Shown here: positions 9,652-19,723 of the stretch, piece after piece
Position numbering within the stretch: the first letter of the stretch is position 1
Layout of the letters: every line of letters starts with the position of its first letter
Assembly: GCA_049322915.1 (NCBI GenBank)
Contig: JBMOPW010000020.1
Coordinates: 128,001 to 192,000 of the forward strand
DNA length: 64,000 nucleotides
Source of the DNA: Candidatus Zhuqueibacterota bacterium
GTDB taxonomy: Bacteria; Zhuqueibacterota; Zhuqueibacteria; Thermofontimicrobiales; Thermofontimicrobiaceae
Direction of reading: 5' to 3'
Program-made: the position numbers and the translations under genes
Notes under the pieces: model-generated
Seen by the model: the letters and a program-made list of their open reading frames with translations, nothing else
Databases searched by the model: none
What the model was told of the DNA's origin: nothing

Positions 9652-10962
9652 TTATTTCATCTCTTGTCCCATCAGATGGGGCTCCATTTCTCTGTGGCAC
9701 ATGCGCGAATATTCCATCTGCTCAATTTCTTTCTCCAGCTCAATCGACTTCATCGTCAACTCCAGCGAAACCAGCACGTCTTTGGCCATAACCATGTGTT
9801 TGATGGCCTGATCCATTTCGCCCATTTCCGAGAGCATTTCAGCGTACTCCTGGCAACTATTGGCCAGACCTAATGGGATATCGAAATCCTGATAGAACCG
9901 GATGCTCTCCTCGTACCATTCCAGCGCGATGTTGTACTGACGATAGTTGCGAAAAATATGTCCATAAATGACAGCCACTTTGGCAAGTCCGATGGGATTT
10001 TTAATCTGGATGAGCCGCTTCAGTCCCTCGCTACAAAACTGCGCTGCATGGCGGTAATCCCCGACATGCAGGTAGAAAATGGCCTTGTTCAGATTGACGT
10101 AAGCCAGCAGTTGGTAATCGCCGTACGTGTTGCAGAGATCCACGCATTCGTTGAGGTAGTTGAGCGATTTCTCGTAATTGGATTTTTGAAGGTGGCTCAT
10201 GGCCAATTCATTGAGACTCTCGATCAGTCCCTGAATTTCATTGAGACTTTTAAAAGTCTCCACTGCCTTTTCCAGATAATCGATGCTGATGCCGCGCTCG
10301 TCCTTGATGCGGCTGACAACGCCAAGACGGTTTTTGAGATAGGCAGATTTATTAGGATTTTTAATTTCTTCAGCCAGGCGTAACGTCTGGGCATACAATT
10401 TTTGGGATAGATTGTATTCGCCTTTTTTAAAATACAAATCAGCCATCTCCGCTCGCACTTCGATGAGATTTGGTATGTCCTCTCTTTCCTGATAGTATTC
10501 ATACGTTTCACGGAAATAGAGTTCGGCAAGCTCCCAGCTCGCCAGTGCCGCGTGGGTCTTTCCAAGTTTGAACTTAATCTGAAATTGATACAATGCCAGC
10601 TTCAGTTCATCGGCGATGCTCAGCGTCCGAATATAGACAGCCTGGGCGCGATTGATTTCCCCGGCGATGAAATAGGTGTCACCCATACTAATCATTATTG
10701 GAATCTTATAGATATTTTCCCTGTGGTCTCCTTGATCCTGTAAAAATGACTCAAGAATGTCCGCGATCGGTTTTTGCTTGAGGGGCTCTGCCGGATTGGA
10801 ACTGCGGTTTTCGATGTCGTTGCAGATGTGCTGAATGCTGAAGATGATCTCCCTAATGTCTCTTTTTCGCTCTGGTGAAATATCTTTCAATAGTTTCCAT
10901 TGACTGTTGATGGTCATCAGCCTCTGCATGAATGAATCAATGATATCGTATTTATTTTTCAT
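9652..10962 (-). CDS. Cytoplasmic tetratricopeptide-repeat protein (MalT-like/TPR_12 repeats)
   Basis: About 8 repeats of ~40 aa (e.g. LGKTHAALASWELAELYF, LNELAMSHLQKSNYEKSLNYL) after a ~75-aa helical N-terminus; no signal peptide. Confidence 0.85.
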   Translation of the reverse strand: MKNKYDIIDSFMQRLMTINSQWKLLKDISPERKRDIREIIFSIQHICNDIENRSSNPAEPLKQKPIADILESFLQDQGDHRENIYKIPIMISMGDTYFIAGEINRAQAVYIRTLSIADELKLALYQFQIKFKLGKTHAALASWELAELYFRETYEYYQEREDIPNLIEVRAEMADLYFKKGEYNLSQKLYAQTLRLAEEIKNPNKSAYLKNRLGVVSRIKDERGISIDYLEKAVETFKSLNEIQGLIESLNELAMSHLQKSNYEKSLNYLNECVDLCNTYGDYQLLAYVNLNKAIFYLHVGDYRHAAQFCSEGLKRLIQIKNPIGLAKVAVIYGHIFRNYRQYNIALEWYEESIRFYQDFDIPLGLANSCQEYAEMLSEMGEMDQAIKHMVMAKDVLVSLELTMKSIELEKEIEQMEYSRMCHREMEPHLMGQEMK

Positions 10963-11368
10963 AAAATACCTGAGAATTTAATAGTGTAAACAAATGCAAG
11001 TCAAGAGTTAATTTCCCATTATTTATCGACACCACGCCCGTTTTTCTTTAATTGAAGTCGTGTTGTTTTATTTGGTTAGAGTGCATGTCGGTTCAGGACA
11101 ATTATTCTTCGGGCTGGTTTAATCAAAAAGGATCCCTGTATGAACGTGAAAAGGATAAGAGACTTGCTGAAACTGGCAAAATTGTAAAATGTGTAGAATT
11201 TGGAAAAATATTGCTACAGCCATGATAAGTGTCAACATCACTCTGAGTTTGAAATCCAGTTTCAATTAATGCCAATAAAAACAATTTAATGACTGTTCTG
11301 AAATATTTGGAAACAAAGAGTCATTGGTCAAAAAATAACAGAGTAGATATATATATGAAAAAAAATAC

Positions 11369-11397
11369 TTGACAAACATGTTATGATTTTGTATATT
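11369..11397 (+). promoter_or_regulatory. Sigma-70 promoter
   Basis: TTGACA-N17-TATATT with an upstream A-tract. Confidence 0.7.
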
Positions 11398-11623
11398 GGC
11401 GGTTGGATCATTGTAAAACAATGTTTTAACGTATATGGAGTCAAATCAAGCAAAGGGTTGGTTAACATAACGTAGTAAATTGTTCATTGTCCTTTTTTAG
11501 AATGGTGTTTTACAGAATTAAAAGAGTCGATTAGGTCGTTCATGTTTGTTTTTTCAATGCGTTAATGTGTATTAAATGAATTTGAACTCAATGAGATTTC
11601 TGTAATCACATGAGACAAACAAT

Positions 11624-11700
11624 AAAAAGCGAAAAAAATTCTATCCTGAAAATTCATGCGGGGGGTTCTGGATAGAGACTTTTTCGCTTTTTCTGTTTTT
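11624..11700 (+). terminator. Terminator-like hairpin inside the leader of the TonB receptor operon
   Basis: AAAAAGCGAAAAA..TCTATCC pairs with GGATAGA..TTTTTCGCTTTTT, followed by CTGTTTTT. Confidence 0.6.
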
Positions 11701-11741
11701 GGACAAAATTGTTGTTTTGGTAATTTATTGAAAATAAAAAT

Positions 11742-11845
11742 GAAGGAGGTGATGAAAGAAAATATCGTCTGACTACAAGCGCTAATTACAGAAAGGCATG
11801 CTCCCACAACGACGTGATAGAAGGAGGTGATGGAAAAAAATATCG
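11742..11845 (+). repeat. Two 26-bp direct repeats carrying a perfect extended Shine-Dalgarno core
   Basis: GAAGGAGGTGATGAAAGAAAATATCG (11742-11767) and GAAGGAGGTGATGGAAAAAAATATCG (11820-11845), 24 of 26 identical, 78 nt apart. Confidence 0.85.
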
Positions 11846-11907
11846 CGGTGTTTAGGAAACGATTTCTTTAATGAATCTTTAAATCCTATTTAATTTGGAG
11901 GACTCTT

Positions 11908-14865
11908 ATGTCATTGAAAAACTTAAGAAAAATGTCTATAGTATTTGCTATAGGCTTGATCGTAGCACTTTTATTCACTGCTCCGTCCTTTGCCGGATTG
12001 GGAAAAATCGCAGGGAAGGTGACAGATGAACAAACAGGAGACCCGCTTCCGGGAGCTCAAGTGCTCATCGCGGGCACCAAAATGGGTGCTGCTTCGAATG
12101 AGCAAGGGCAGTACTTTATTTTAAATGTTCCTCCCGGAACCTACACCATCCGCGTCGCTTTTATGGGGTATGCGACGAAAGAGATTGAAGGCGTTGTTTC
12201 GCAATTAGACGTGACAACGATGTTAGACGTGAAATTGAAATCCACAGTGATCGAGGGAGAGGTTGTTACAATCGTCGCTGAAAGACCTCCGGTCGATAAA
12301 ACCATGACTGCCACAAAAATTTCCTTCGGCGAAGACCTGGTCGACAACGTCCTCCCGGTGAATGGCCTGAACGAAATTCTGCAGGTATCAGTCACAACGC
12401 AATCCATGCGTGGCGCTAATAAAACTGGTGTGGCCTACATGATCGACGGCGTGAATATCACGGATATCATGTCCTCAACCGGCGGTGGCACAGATGGTTA
12501 CACCAACGTGAAAAGAAACACCAATTCCACGGGTTCGAGCACAGGTGACTATCGTTCGGAATCCGATATTGATGTGAGAGGTCGCTCATCCGAAATGGTT
12601 CAAACGGCTGCAGGGATCACCCAGAGCACCGTTGCCGAAGCCAACGTAATTGCCGGTACATTCAATGCCGAATACGGCGCTTCTGCTGGTGTTATCAATA
12701 TCGCTTCCAAAAACGGTGGTAAGGAATATGCCGGAAAATTGTTCTTCAGATCAAGCCTGGGCGGCTTGAGCCATGCTGGCCCGGATTGTTATTCCGCTCC
12801 GGTGTCTGGTGACTTGACAGCCGCTGACATGTATAATGCTCACAAACAGACATTGATCAACGCAGGAAATACGACCCTTGCTAACTTGATGAACTGGACC
12901 CCTGATTTATACGAATATGGCGATGATCCGCGCATGAGTTCGGAGTTCACCTTTAGTGGCCCGCTGACAGATAAAGGGAGCTTCTTCTTTGCTGGAAATT
13001 TCCTGAATGACCATGGCGTATTCCCGGGTGAGTTCCAGAGAAACCTTGGCCTGTCGCTGAAATTAAACTATGATATTACGTCTTCAGATCGTTTGGCTGC
13101 CTATGGCAAGATTGATGACTGGGGTCAATTGCTCGGTTGGACAAACCGCTCTTACTCCTATATGTATCAATTCTGGCTTGAGGGACAGCCGGTGTGGGAT
13201 CGTACCGGTCTCATTTCCTATTTGAAGCATACCCATGTGTTCAATCCAGCTAGCTTCCTGGAAACGACCGTTAGCTACGTTGGCAACGAGCGAACCTGGG
13301 GATACAAACCAGTCGATGATAAATTGCAGTATGATAATTACGGCGATGAATGGTTGATTCTGGATACAGTGGAAAAAGCCAATTACTACCTGAATGAACC
13401 GGCAACCCAAATATTCAACACATCACCAGGTAATGATCCGAATTATCAGGTCACCGGTTTCCAAAACCAGATCCGTTTCGGTTTGGCTGGCTACCATTAT
13501 GAAAATATGAAAACCAGCACCTTAACCCTGGCTTCAAACTACACCAACCAGATCAATTTCAATCATCAGTTAAAAACCGGAGTCGAGTATAAGCTGAATA
13601 ATGTGGATGAATTCCAGCACAAGTCAAGTGTGGGATTCCCTGATGCAGCATTCAAATTTGAGACAATTGATTTCGACGTTAATCCCTGGTCTTTTGGCAC
13701 ATTTATCCAGGATAAAATTGAGTACGAAGGCATCATCGTGAACCTCGGCGCCCGCTTCGACGCGTACAATCTGGACACCGAAATGTTCAAAGATGAATAC
13801 AAACCGGTCGCCTTTGACACTCTCTCCAACGGTCAGGCTGTGATGGTATGGGATGGCACCGAAGCGAGCAAAACCCATAAATATGTCAGCCCGCGCATTG
13901 GTATTTCTCATCCAATCACTGAAAATGCTGCCATGCACTATAGCTGGGGTATCTACACGACTCAACCCAATATGGGCTACTGGCTGCGAAACTACAATTC
14001 ATTCGCCAATGCCTCATTGCCGGCTGTTTACAATGCGGACCCGGATCCCGAAAAAGCCACTGCATATGAAATTGGCGTGAACGTAGCATTGACCAATGAT
14101 TTTGGCATGGACCTGACCGCGTACTATCGTGACGTCAGAAATGGTAGCGCGATTGGTTACAGCATTGGCCAGGACAAAACGGCCACAGGAACCCCGTTCA
14201 CTCTGTATACCTATATCACCAACTGGGGTTACCGGGATAGCCGCGGTGTGGAAATTAACTTCTGGAAACGCCCGACTGCTGAAAAATACTTTGGAGTTTT
14301 CGGACTTTCAGGCAATCTGAGCATTTCCTATGCGTATGATAAAACATCAGCGAGTGGCAGTGGTATCAGTCAGGAAACCGATTTTACCACAACATTGGCT
14401 TACAATACGACGAAGGATTATGATTGGGACATCGTCTATTTCTGGCCGACATACTCCCGCGGTTACAATGATTGGAAGAGCAAATTGTCACTGTTGTGGG
14501 ATTTCCCGTTTGATGTTAAAATGTCGACTGTGGCTACCTACCGCAGCCCGTGGCGTTATACTCAGATGGTTAATGTCGTTAATTCCCGTTACGAGAATAG
14601 ACTGGACGGCGAATCGTTCTTCCAGCTTGATTTACGTTTGACCAAATACATGACCGTCGCCGGAATTCGCGGTGGGCTTTTCTTCGAAATGCTGAATGTA
14701 CTGGATCGTGAAAATATCCTCACCTTCGACAACTACGGTGATACCAACCTGTACGAAACCGAAGGCAATGCATGGGGTATTTTGAATCGAGCGGTTGATC
14801 AATACGGTAGCCCGTTGGCCGGTATCGCACGCGAAATGTACGTCGGCTTCGAAGTTTCGTTCTAA
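11908..14865 (+). CDS. TonB-dependent receptor with N-terminal carboxypeptidase-regulatory-like domain
   Basis: Signal peptide, GKIAGKVTD..GDPLPGA, plug motifs YMIDG and GTFNAEYG, SPRIGISHPI, C-terminal YVGFEVSF. Confidence 0.92.
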   Translation: MSLKNLRKMSIVFAIGLIVALLFTAPSFAGLGKIAGKVTDEQTGDPLPGAQVLIAGTKMGAASNEQGQYFILNVPPGTYTIRVAFMGYATKEIEGVVSQLDVTTMLDVKLKSTVIEGEVVTIVAERPPVDKTMTATKISFGEDLVDNVLPVNGLNEILQVSVTTQSMRGANKTGVAYMIDGVNITDIMSSTGGGTDGYTNVKRNTNSTGSSTGDYRSESDIDVRGRSSEMVQTAAGITQSTVAEANVIAGTFNAEYGASAGVINIASKNGGKEYAGKLFFRSSLGGLSHAGPDCYSAPVSGDLTAADMYNAHKQTLINAGNTTLANLMNWTPDLYEYGDDPRMSSEFTFSGPLTDKGSFFFAGNFLNDHGVFPGEFQRNLGLSLKLNYDITSSDRLAAYGKIDDWGQLLGWTNRSYSYMYQFWLEGQPVWDRTGLISYLKHTHVFNPASFLETTVSYVGNERTWGYKPVDDKLQYDNYGDEWLILDTVEKANYYLNEPATQIFNTSPGNDPNYQVTGFQNQIRFGLAGYHYENMKTSTLTLASNYTNQINFNHQLKTGVEYKLNNVDEFQHKSSVGFPDAAFKFETIDFDVNPWSFGTFIQDKIEYEGIIVNLGARFDAYNLDTEMFKDEYKPVAFDTLSNGQAVMVWDGTEASKTHKYVSPRIGISHPITENAAMHYSWGIYTTQPNMGYWLRNYNSFANASLPAVYNADPDPEKATAYEIGVNVALTNDFGMDLTAYYRDVRNGSAIGYSIGQDKTATGTPFTLYTYITNWGYRDSRGVEINFWKRPTAEKYFGVFGLSGNLSISYAYDKTSASGSGISQETDFTTTLAYNTTKDYDWDIVYFWPTYSRGYNDWKSKLSLLWDFPFDVKMSTVATYRSPWRYTQMVNVVNSRYENRLDGESFFQLDLRLTKYMTVAGIRGGLFFEMLNVLDRENILTFDNYGDTNLYETEGNAWGILNRAVDQYGSPLAGIAREMYVGFEVSF

Positions 14866-14923
14866 TTATTAGCGGACTAATAGATTAGACCCTACCAAAT
14901 CAGTAAAAATTAGGAGAAACGTA

Positions 14924-17449
14924 ATGCTAAAAAAGAAATTATCAATCCTCATGATAATATTTCTCATGGGTCTCACTTCGATTGCTACGGCGACAGATTT
15001 TCCCAAAATAGGAATTGTCTGTTGCGGTGATCTGTGGGAAAGTTTTATGCCAAGCGGCATAAATAAATATTATGGCGAATCACAAACTGATGTGTTGAAA
15101 AACTTCGTCATCGCCAGACTCGGTAATTACGAACGAACCTGGAGCACACCAACATTTCATTATCCGGCCGGCGATATTTTCACGTTGACCTGGAATACCA
15201 ACCTGATGATGACTGAATATCATCCGACTGAGCAAATTGGCGCCTATCGAAAAACAGTCGCCAGCGATACAGCCAACTACCGGAATTATTGTAATGCGTT
15301 CTGGATGGCGTCAATGGGCAACACCACGGCAACACCGACTTCAACTGGTGACGCAGTGCGTGGCGCCGCTCAATGGACAGATGATAACACCCGTCATCAG
15401 CAATTATATGAATTCTTCTTCCCAACCAACATCGGTGTTGACATTAAAGGTCGTCTCCGCGGCTTCAGCTTCAATGAAGCGAACATGAACGACTTCATCG
15501 CCATGGAGTTCGAACTGACCAATACCGGAGTGCAGGACAACAACTGCGACGGAACCATCGATCGCAGCAATCATAAAATCGAAGCCCTGTCCATGTTGTT
15601 CTCCGAAGAGACGTTTGGATGTATGGCTCTGAGCGCCCGCGGTGTCCGTTGGACTGGCTGGTGGCCGGCCTCACGACTCTCCGGCTACGACGGAAGCCCG
15701 GATCCGGATGGCAATCCCTGGGATGTGCCTTTCTGCTGGGCAACCGGTATTGCTGAAAGCGATCTGGACGCCAACCGATGGGCCGCTGATGAGAAACGAA
15801 AAGTCAGCTACCGAACCTCCAGAGGTATTTTCTCTGACATCTGGAACGGCCAGCATTTCATCGCTGTGAAAAAAGGCACACTGGACGGCGGCGCCGCTGC
15901 TGAAGACAAACCGACGATTTACGGCAGCCATCCGATAGGTGAAGGCGTGCAACAAGGTTGGTATGTCACCCGCAACAGAACCAAACTTGGCGAGCCCTAC
16001 GGCAACTTCGTCATGGCCACCGGCGTGTTCTATCAAGAAGGTGGTAAATCTGAAGACCCGACATTGTTGCTGGGCAAATCAGTGAAACCAGATCCCAATT
16101 ACTTTGATACCACCCAGCCGTACACTGTGGGTAACCCTGTTTCGTTTGCCAGCCTGCCGATCAAAGGCGGACAGCCGAAGGGCGATATGAAGTATACAAA
16201 TTTCTGGTTCGAAAACTGGGAAAAGAATTATCCCGGCACTCCGGATCCGAAAATACCCAATGCAGATCTGTGGACTGCTGGCGGTACTCCAAAAACCATA
16301 TACAATTTCGACTCAGGCGCTTCGGTTGGTGTAGGCCCGTTCTCATTGGAAGTTGGCGAGTCAATGACGATCGTCGCCATCGAGTACGGTGGTTATCGAT
16401 TGAAGGGCGTGCGAAATGCTGTTGCCGCTGCCCGTTTTGCCTATGAGAATAACTGGAATGTTCCTCTGCCTCCGCCAATGCCGGAGATGAACGTTGCTGC
16501 GACAGAATATCAGGAACCCAGCGGTCTGACCGTAAAACCAAGAATCGTATGGGATGCCCGTGCTGAATCTGCTGCTGATTTTGCCGGCTACAAAATTTAT
16601 CGCGTCACCGCCTATCCAAAATATAAGTCAGCTCAATTTGGAACCCGTTTCCTGGATAAATACCATCATCAGGGCGCTGATGATATTGGCCTGTCCGATG
16701 ATGAACTGGAAGCCAAGTACTCCGAGCCGATCAACCCCAATAACAGTGTTCCGGCCAATTACAATCTCGATTGGGATCCGGGCATTCATGGACCGTGGAA
16801 AATTATAAATTATATTCCCAAGTCCGAATTGAATAACTATCTGAACACTGGCAGCGATGCTGCGACTTACAAATATGCTTGGATCGACGCATCCAGCGAA
16901 GCTCGGTTTGGCTATACCTTCTGGTATTATGTTGCCGCGTTCGATAATGAAAGTGGCACCATTGCCAATACGTCCTTCACCAGTTTGGAAAGCGGCAAAG
17001 AAAACTTCAACGGACGCTGGGGAGAATGGGCTGGTTCTTATCCCTGGTGTACAGCATCCACAGGATTCCCCACAGATGCTGCCGGCGTGAAAAACATGGG
17101 CGCCCCGTTTGTGCTTAATCTGCCGCGCGCTGATGTCACCGAACTGCTCAGCGGCGAAAAGAGCATTGCTGTAAAACCGAATCCCTATAAAGTCCAGGCA
17201 CCGCATGATGTCGGATTAGAGCATAAAGTGGTATTCTATAACTTACCGATGAACACCAAAATCACCATTTTTGATCTGTCCGGTCAAATCATGGATGTTA
17301 TCGAATACTACGGTTTGGATCCCAAGAATGGTACTATTTTCTGGGATATGTTCACCAAAGACGGCCCTGAAGTACAGAGTGGCTTGTATATTTGGGTTGC
17401 CGAATATCCGGGTGGCAAGCAAACCGGTCATTTAGCTGTTATGCGCTAA
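14924..17449 (+). CDS. Secreted protein with Fn3-like segment and T9SS-like C-terminal domain
   Basis: Signal peptide; PPPMP..W..DFAGYKIYR..YWYYVAAFD-like Fn3 pattern; CTD IAVKPNPY...FYNLP...IFDLSG...WD...VQSGLYIW...GHLAVMR. Confidence 0.8.
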   Translation: MLKKKLSILMIIFLMGLTSIATATDFPKIGIVCCGDLWESFMPSGINKYYGESQTDVLKNFVIARLGNYERTWSTPTFHYPAGDIFTLTWNTNLMMTEYHPTEQIGAYRKTVASDTANYRNYCNAFWMASMGNTTATPTSTGDAVRGAAQWTDDNTRHQQLYEFFFPTNIGVDIKGRLRGFSFNEANMNDFIAMEFELTNTGVQDNNCDGTIDRSNHKIEALSMLFSEETFGCMALSARGVRWTGWWPASRLSGYDGSPDPDGNPWDVPFCWATGIAESDLDANRWAADEKRKVSYRTSRGIFSDIWNGQHFIAVKKGTLDGGAAAEDKPTIYGSHPIGEGVQQGWYVTRNRTKLGEPYGNFVMATGVFYQEGGKSEDPTLLLGKSVKPDPNYFDTTQPYTVGNPVSFASLPIKGGQPKGDMKYTNFWFENWEKNYPGTPDPKIPNADLWTAGGTPKTIYNFDSGASVGVGPFSLEVGESMTIVAIEYGGYRLKGVRNAVAAARFAYENNWNVPLPPPMPEMNVAATEYQEPSGLTVKPRIVWDARAESAADFAGYKIYRVTAYPKYKSAQFGTRFLDKYHHQGADDIGLSDDELEAKYSEPINPNNSVPANYNLDWDPGIHGPWKIINYIPKSELNNYLNTGSDAATYKYAWIDASSEARFGYTFWYYVAAFDNESGTIANTSFTSLESGKENFNGRWGEWAGSYPWCTASTGFPTDAAGVKNMGAPFVLNLPRADVTELLSGEKSIAVKPNPYKVQAPHDVGLEHKVVFYNLPMNTKITIFDLSGQIMDVIEYYGLDPKNGTIFWDMFTKDGPEVQSGLYIWVAEYPGGKQTGHLAVMR

Positions 17450-17499
17450 ACCTAATGATAAATAATTAATAAAACTAAGAAATCAGGAGAATATGCTCT

Positions 17500-18552
17500 A
17501 TGAGACATAAAATAATCTCCACGCTACTTATACTAGTGTTGATCATTTTTGTAAGTAGCGGTTATGGACAGGAAATGAAAAAAACTGGTTCATCAGGTGC
17601 CTCCATACTGAAAGTCGCCGTCGGCGCTAAAGCATCTGCATTAGCAAGCGCAATGACAACGACTCAGGGCGATGTCAACCAGTTATTCTGGAATCCGGCC
17701 GGTATTGTCCTTGAAGCCGGTCAGACTCAGGTGACCTTTTCTTACAATAACTGGATTGCTGACCTGAGCCACAATGCATTCGCAGTGGCTCGCTCCTTCG
17801 GCAATCTGGGAACATTTGCACTCGGCGGCATGATGGCTGGCGTTTCCGACATCACGGCCAACCGTGATATTCAACCCGGCCTCGAAGGCGTTGAATATAT
17901 CGATGACGCGACATTCGATTATAACTCCAACTTTTTAGCTTTGAGCTACGGTCGTCAATTCACAGATAAATTAGCACTGGGCATCACTGCAAAATATTAC
18001 AGTGAGTCAATCGATGGCGTTGGCATTCATTCCTTTGCCATGGATTTCGGTGCAATTTATGAAGTCGGATTCAAAGACCTGACTATCGGCGCCAGAATTC
18101 AAAACCTGGGCCAGGACATGACCTATTACTATGTCCCGGTCAACCTGCCATTGGTGTTCAGTTTTGGTGTTTCCTATAGCCTGATCAATTCCGATCTGTT
18201 CGGATTGAAAGGCTATCTCGATGCAACCAAACCGCTGGATGCCGACCAGATGATTCTCACTGGCGCAGAAATGCATCTCTACAAGACCATGTTCGTGCGC
18301 GGTGGTTACAAACTCAACTACACCGGCATTCAGGATGAGTTCATGGGCCGCGATGTGTATTATAACAATGAAGCGGTTACGCGAACTTCCTGGTTGAGCA
18401 AACAAAGCTACAATCGTACCGACGAAGGATTGTCCATCGGCGCCGGTATCGAAATTCCGTATGACAAATACAAATTGATCGTCGATTATGCCTGGACAAG
18501 CTTCGACGTTATGGATGATGTCAATCGTTTCTCATTGACGTTCAAATTCTAA
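17500..18552 (+). CDS. PorV/PorQ-family (UPF0164) outer-membrane beta-barrel
   Basis: G.S.LKVAVGAKASAL, LFWNPAG, alternating beta strands, C-terminal NRFSLTFKF. Confidence 0.88.
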   Translation: MRHKIISTLLILVLIIFVSSGYGQEMKKTGSSGASILKVAVGAKASALASAMTTTQGDVNQLFWNPAGIVLEAGQTQVTFSYNNWIADLSHNAFAVARSFGNLGTFALGGMMAGVSDITANRDIQPGLEGVEYIDDATFDYNSNFLALSYGRQFTDKLALGITAKYYSESIDGVGIHSFAMDFGAIYEVGFKDLTIGARIQNLGQDMTYYYVPVNLPLVFSFGVSYSLINSDLFGLKGYLDATKPLDADQMILTGAEMHLYKTMFVRGGYKLNYTGIQDEFMGRDVYYNNEAVTRTSWLSKQSYNRTDEGLSIGAGIEIPYDKYKLIVDYAWTSFDVMDDVNRFSLTFKF

Positions 18553-18610
18553 CCAGACGAATGTCCCGAAGGCCCTGGCCTCGATGTAAATTTGTAGTGT
18601 AAAAATCGCG

Positions 18611-18653
18611 ATGGGGGACTCTTGAACTAGTTGCTCAGAGTCCCCCATTTTTT
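18611..18653 (+). terminator. Intrinsic terminator
   Basis: 12-bp stem ATGGGGGACTCT/AGAGTCCCCCAT plus T-run. Confidence 0.9.
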
Positions 18654-18691
18654 AATTATTCAGGTATCATTCATTTTAAGGACTGACTGAT

Positions 18692-19699
18692 TTGAAGTTA
18701 AACCGATATTCTTCACTGTGGCTATTTACGATCATCGCTGTGTTAGCGGGTAGCTTTTCCGGATGCAGCAAAAGCGTACCAACGTACGAGATGGAAATTG
18801 TGAAATCATTTCGCCTGAACATCCCGAATGTCGATCTTGACAAATATTTTAAAAGAGTGACAGATGTAGACCTGTCCCAAAATGGAGGATTTGTCATCGT
18901 CGATATCGCCGGGCCGGGAGTGCTGCTGTTTGATGAACAGGGCAATTACATCAATAACATTGCCGGATATGGCAGTGGCAACTTCGAAACCCTCTGCTCC
19001 GCCACGTTTGTGGATACGCTAATCGCTGTCTATACGCTCAACCAGATCGAATTTTTTACAGCAAATGGAACACCGGTGAAACGCCATTTTACGAGGGGAC
19101 GAGGCGATGCCGCAATCGCACGGGATGGAAGTTTCGTTTTCAATCGCATGATCGATGCAAGAACTCAGGGAGCATGCCTGGAAACATACGACACGAACGG
19201 AAAATTGATCACGAAATTCAGGTCTCCGCGAGCGAAGGAAGAAGGGATGGAGATGCTGGATTTCGGTTTTTCGAGGTTGACTCCGGATTCGCGGATTGTG
19301 TATGTCCCGGTTGTCGTCGACTCCGCATTCATTTATGATTTTAACGGTAACGTGCTGTTGTCCAAAAAGCTGAAATCCGCCCTGAAACCATATAAAAATA
19401 AAGACGATAAACCCGGCGCATTGGTAGAAGATGTCGTTGTCAATGACGATGGGATTTTCATCGTCCGATTGGATAAGGAGCTGTCGAACGAAACGATCGT
19501 ATATTTTAATTTGATAGAACAATATGATTTCAATCTCAACCGTGTCGCTGCCTATAAATTTGCCACGCCAATCACCATGACAACTGCGACGGAAATATAC
19601 TCGCCCTGGTACAACAATTTCGCCGTGCGCAATGGAGTTTTTTATCTGATGGTCTCGCAGCCATTCCAACAGCTCATTGCATTCCAGGCGAAGAAGTGA
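18692..19699 (+). CDS. Lipoprotein, probable 6-bladed beta-propeller
   Basis: Lipobox FSGC; LLFDEQGNYINNIAGYGSG.FE, YDTNGKLI and YDFNGNVL blade repeats. Confidence 0.75.
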   Translation: MKLNRYSSLWLFTIIAVLAGSFSGCSKSVPTYEMEIVKSFRLNIPNVDLDKYFKRVTDVDLSQNGGFVIVDIAGPGVLLFDEQGNYINNIAGYGSGNFETLCSATFVDTLIAVYTLNQIEFFTANGTPVKRHFTRGRGDAAIARDGSFVFNRMIDARTQGACLETYDTNGKLITKFRSPRAKEEGMEMLDFGFSRLTPDSRIVYVPVVVDSAFIYDFNGNVLLSKKLKSALKPYKNKDDKPGALVEDVVVNDDGIFIVRLDKELSNETIVYFNLIEQYDFNLNRVAAYKFATPITMTTATEIYSPWYNNFAVRNGVFYLMVSQPFQQLIAFQAKK

Positions 19700-19723
19700 A
19701 TCATTTGAAATTGGACATCAAAC

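Noticed and set aside
11742..11845. CRISPR-like repeat-spacer-repeat
   Set aside because: Only two non-palindromic copies, a 52-nt spacer and no cas genes.
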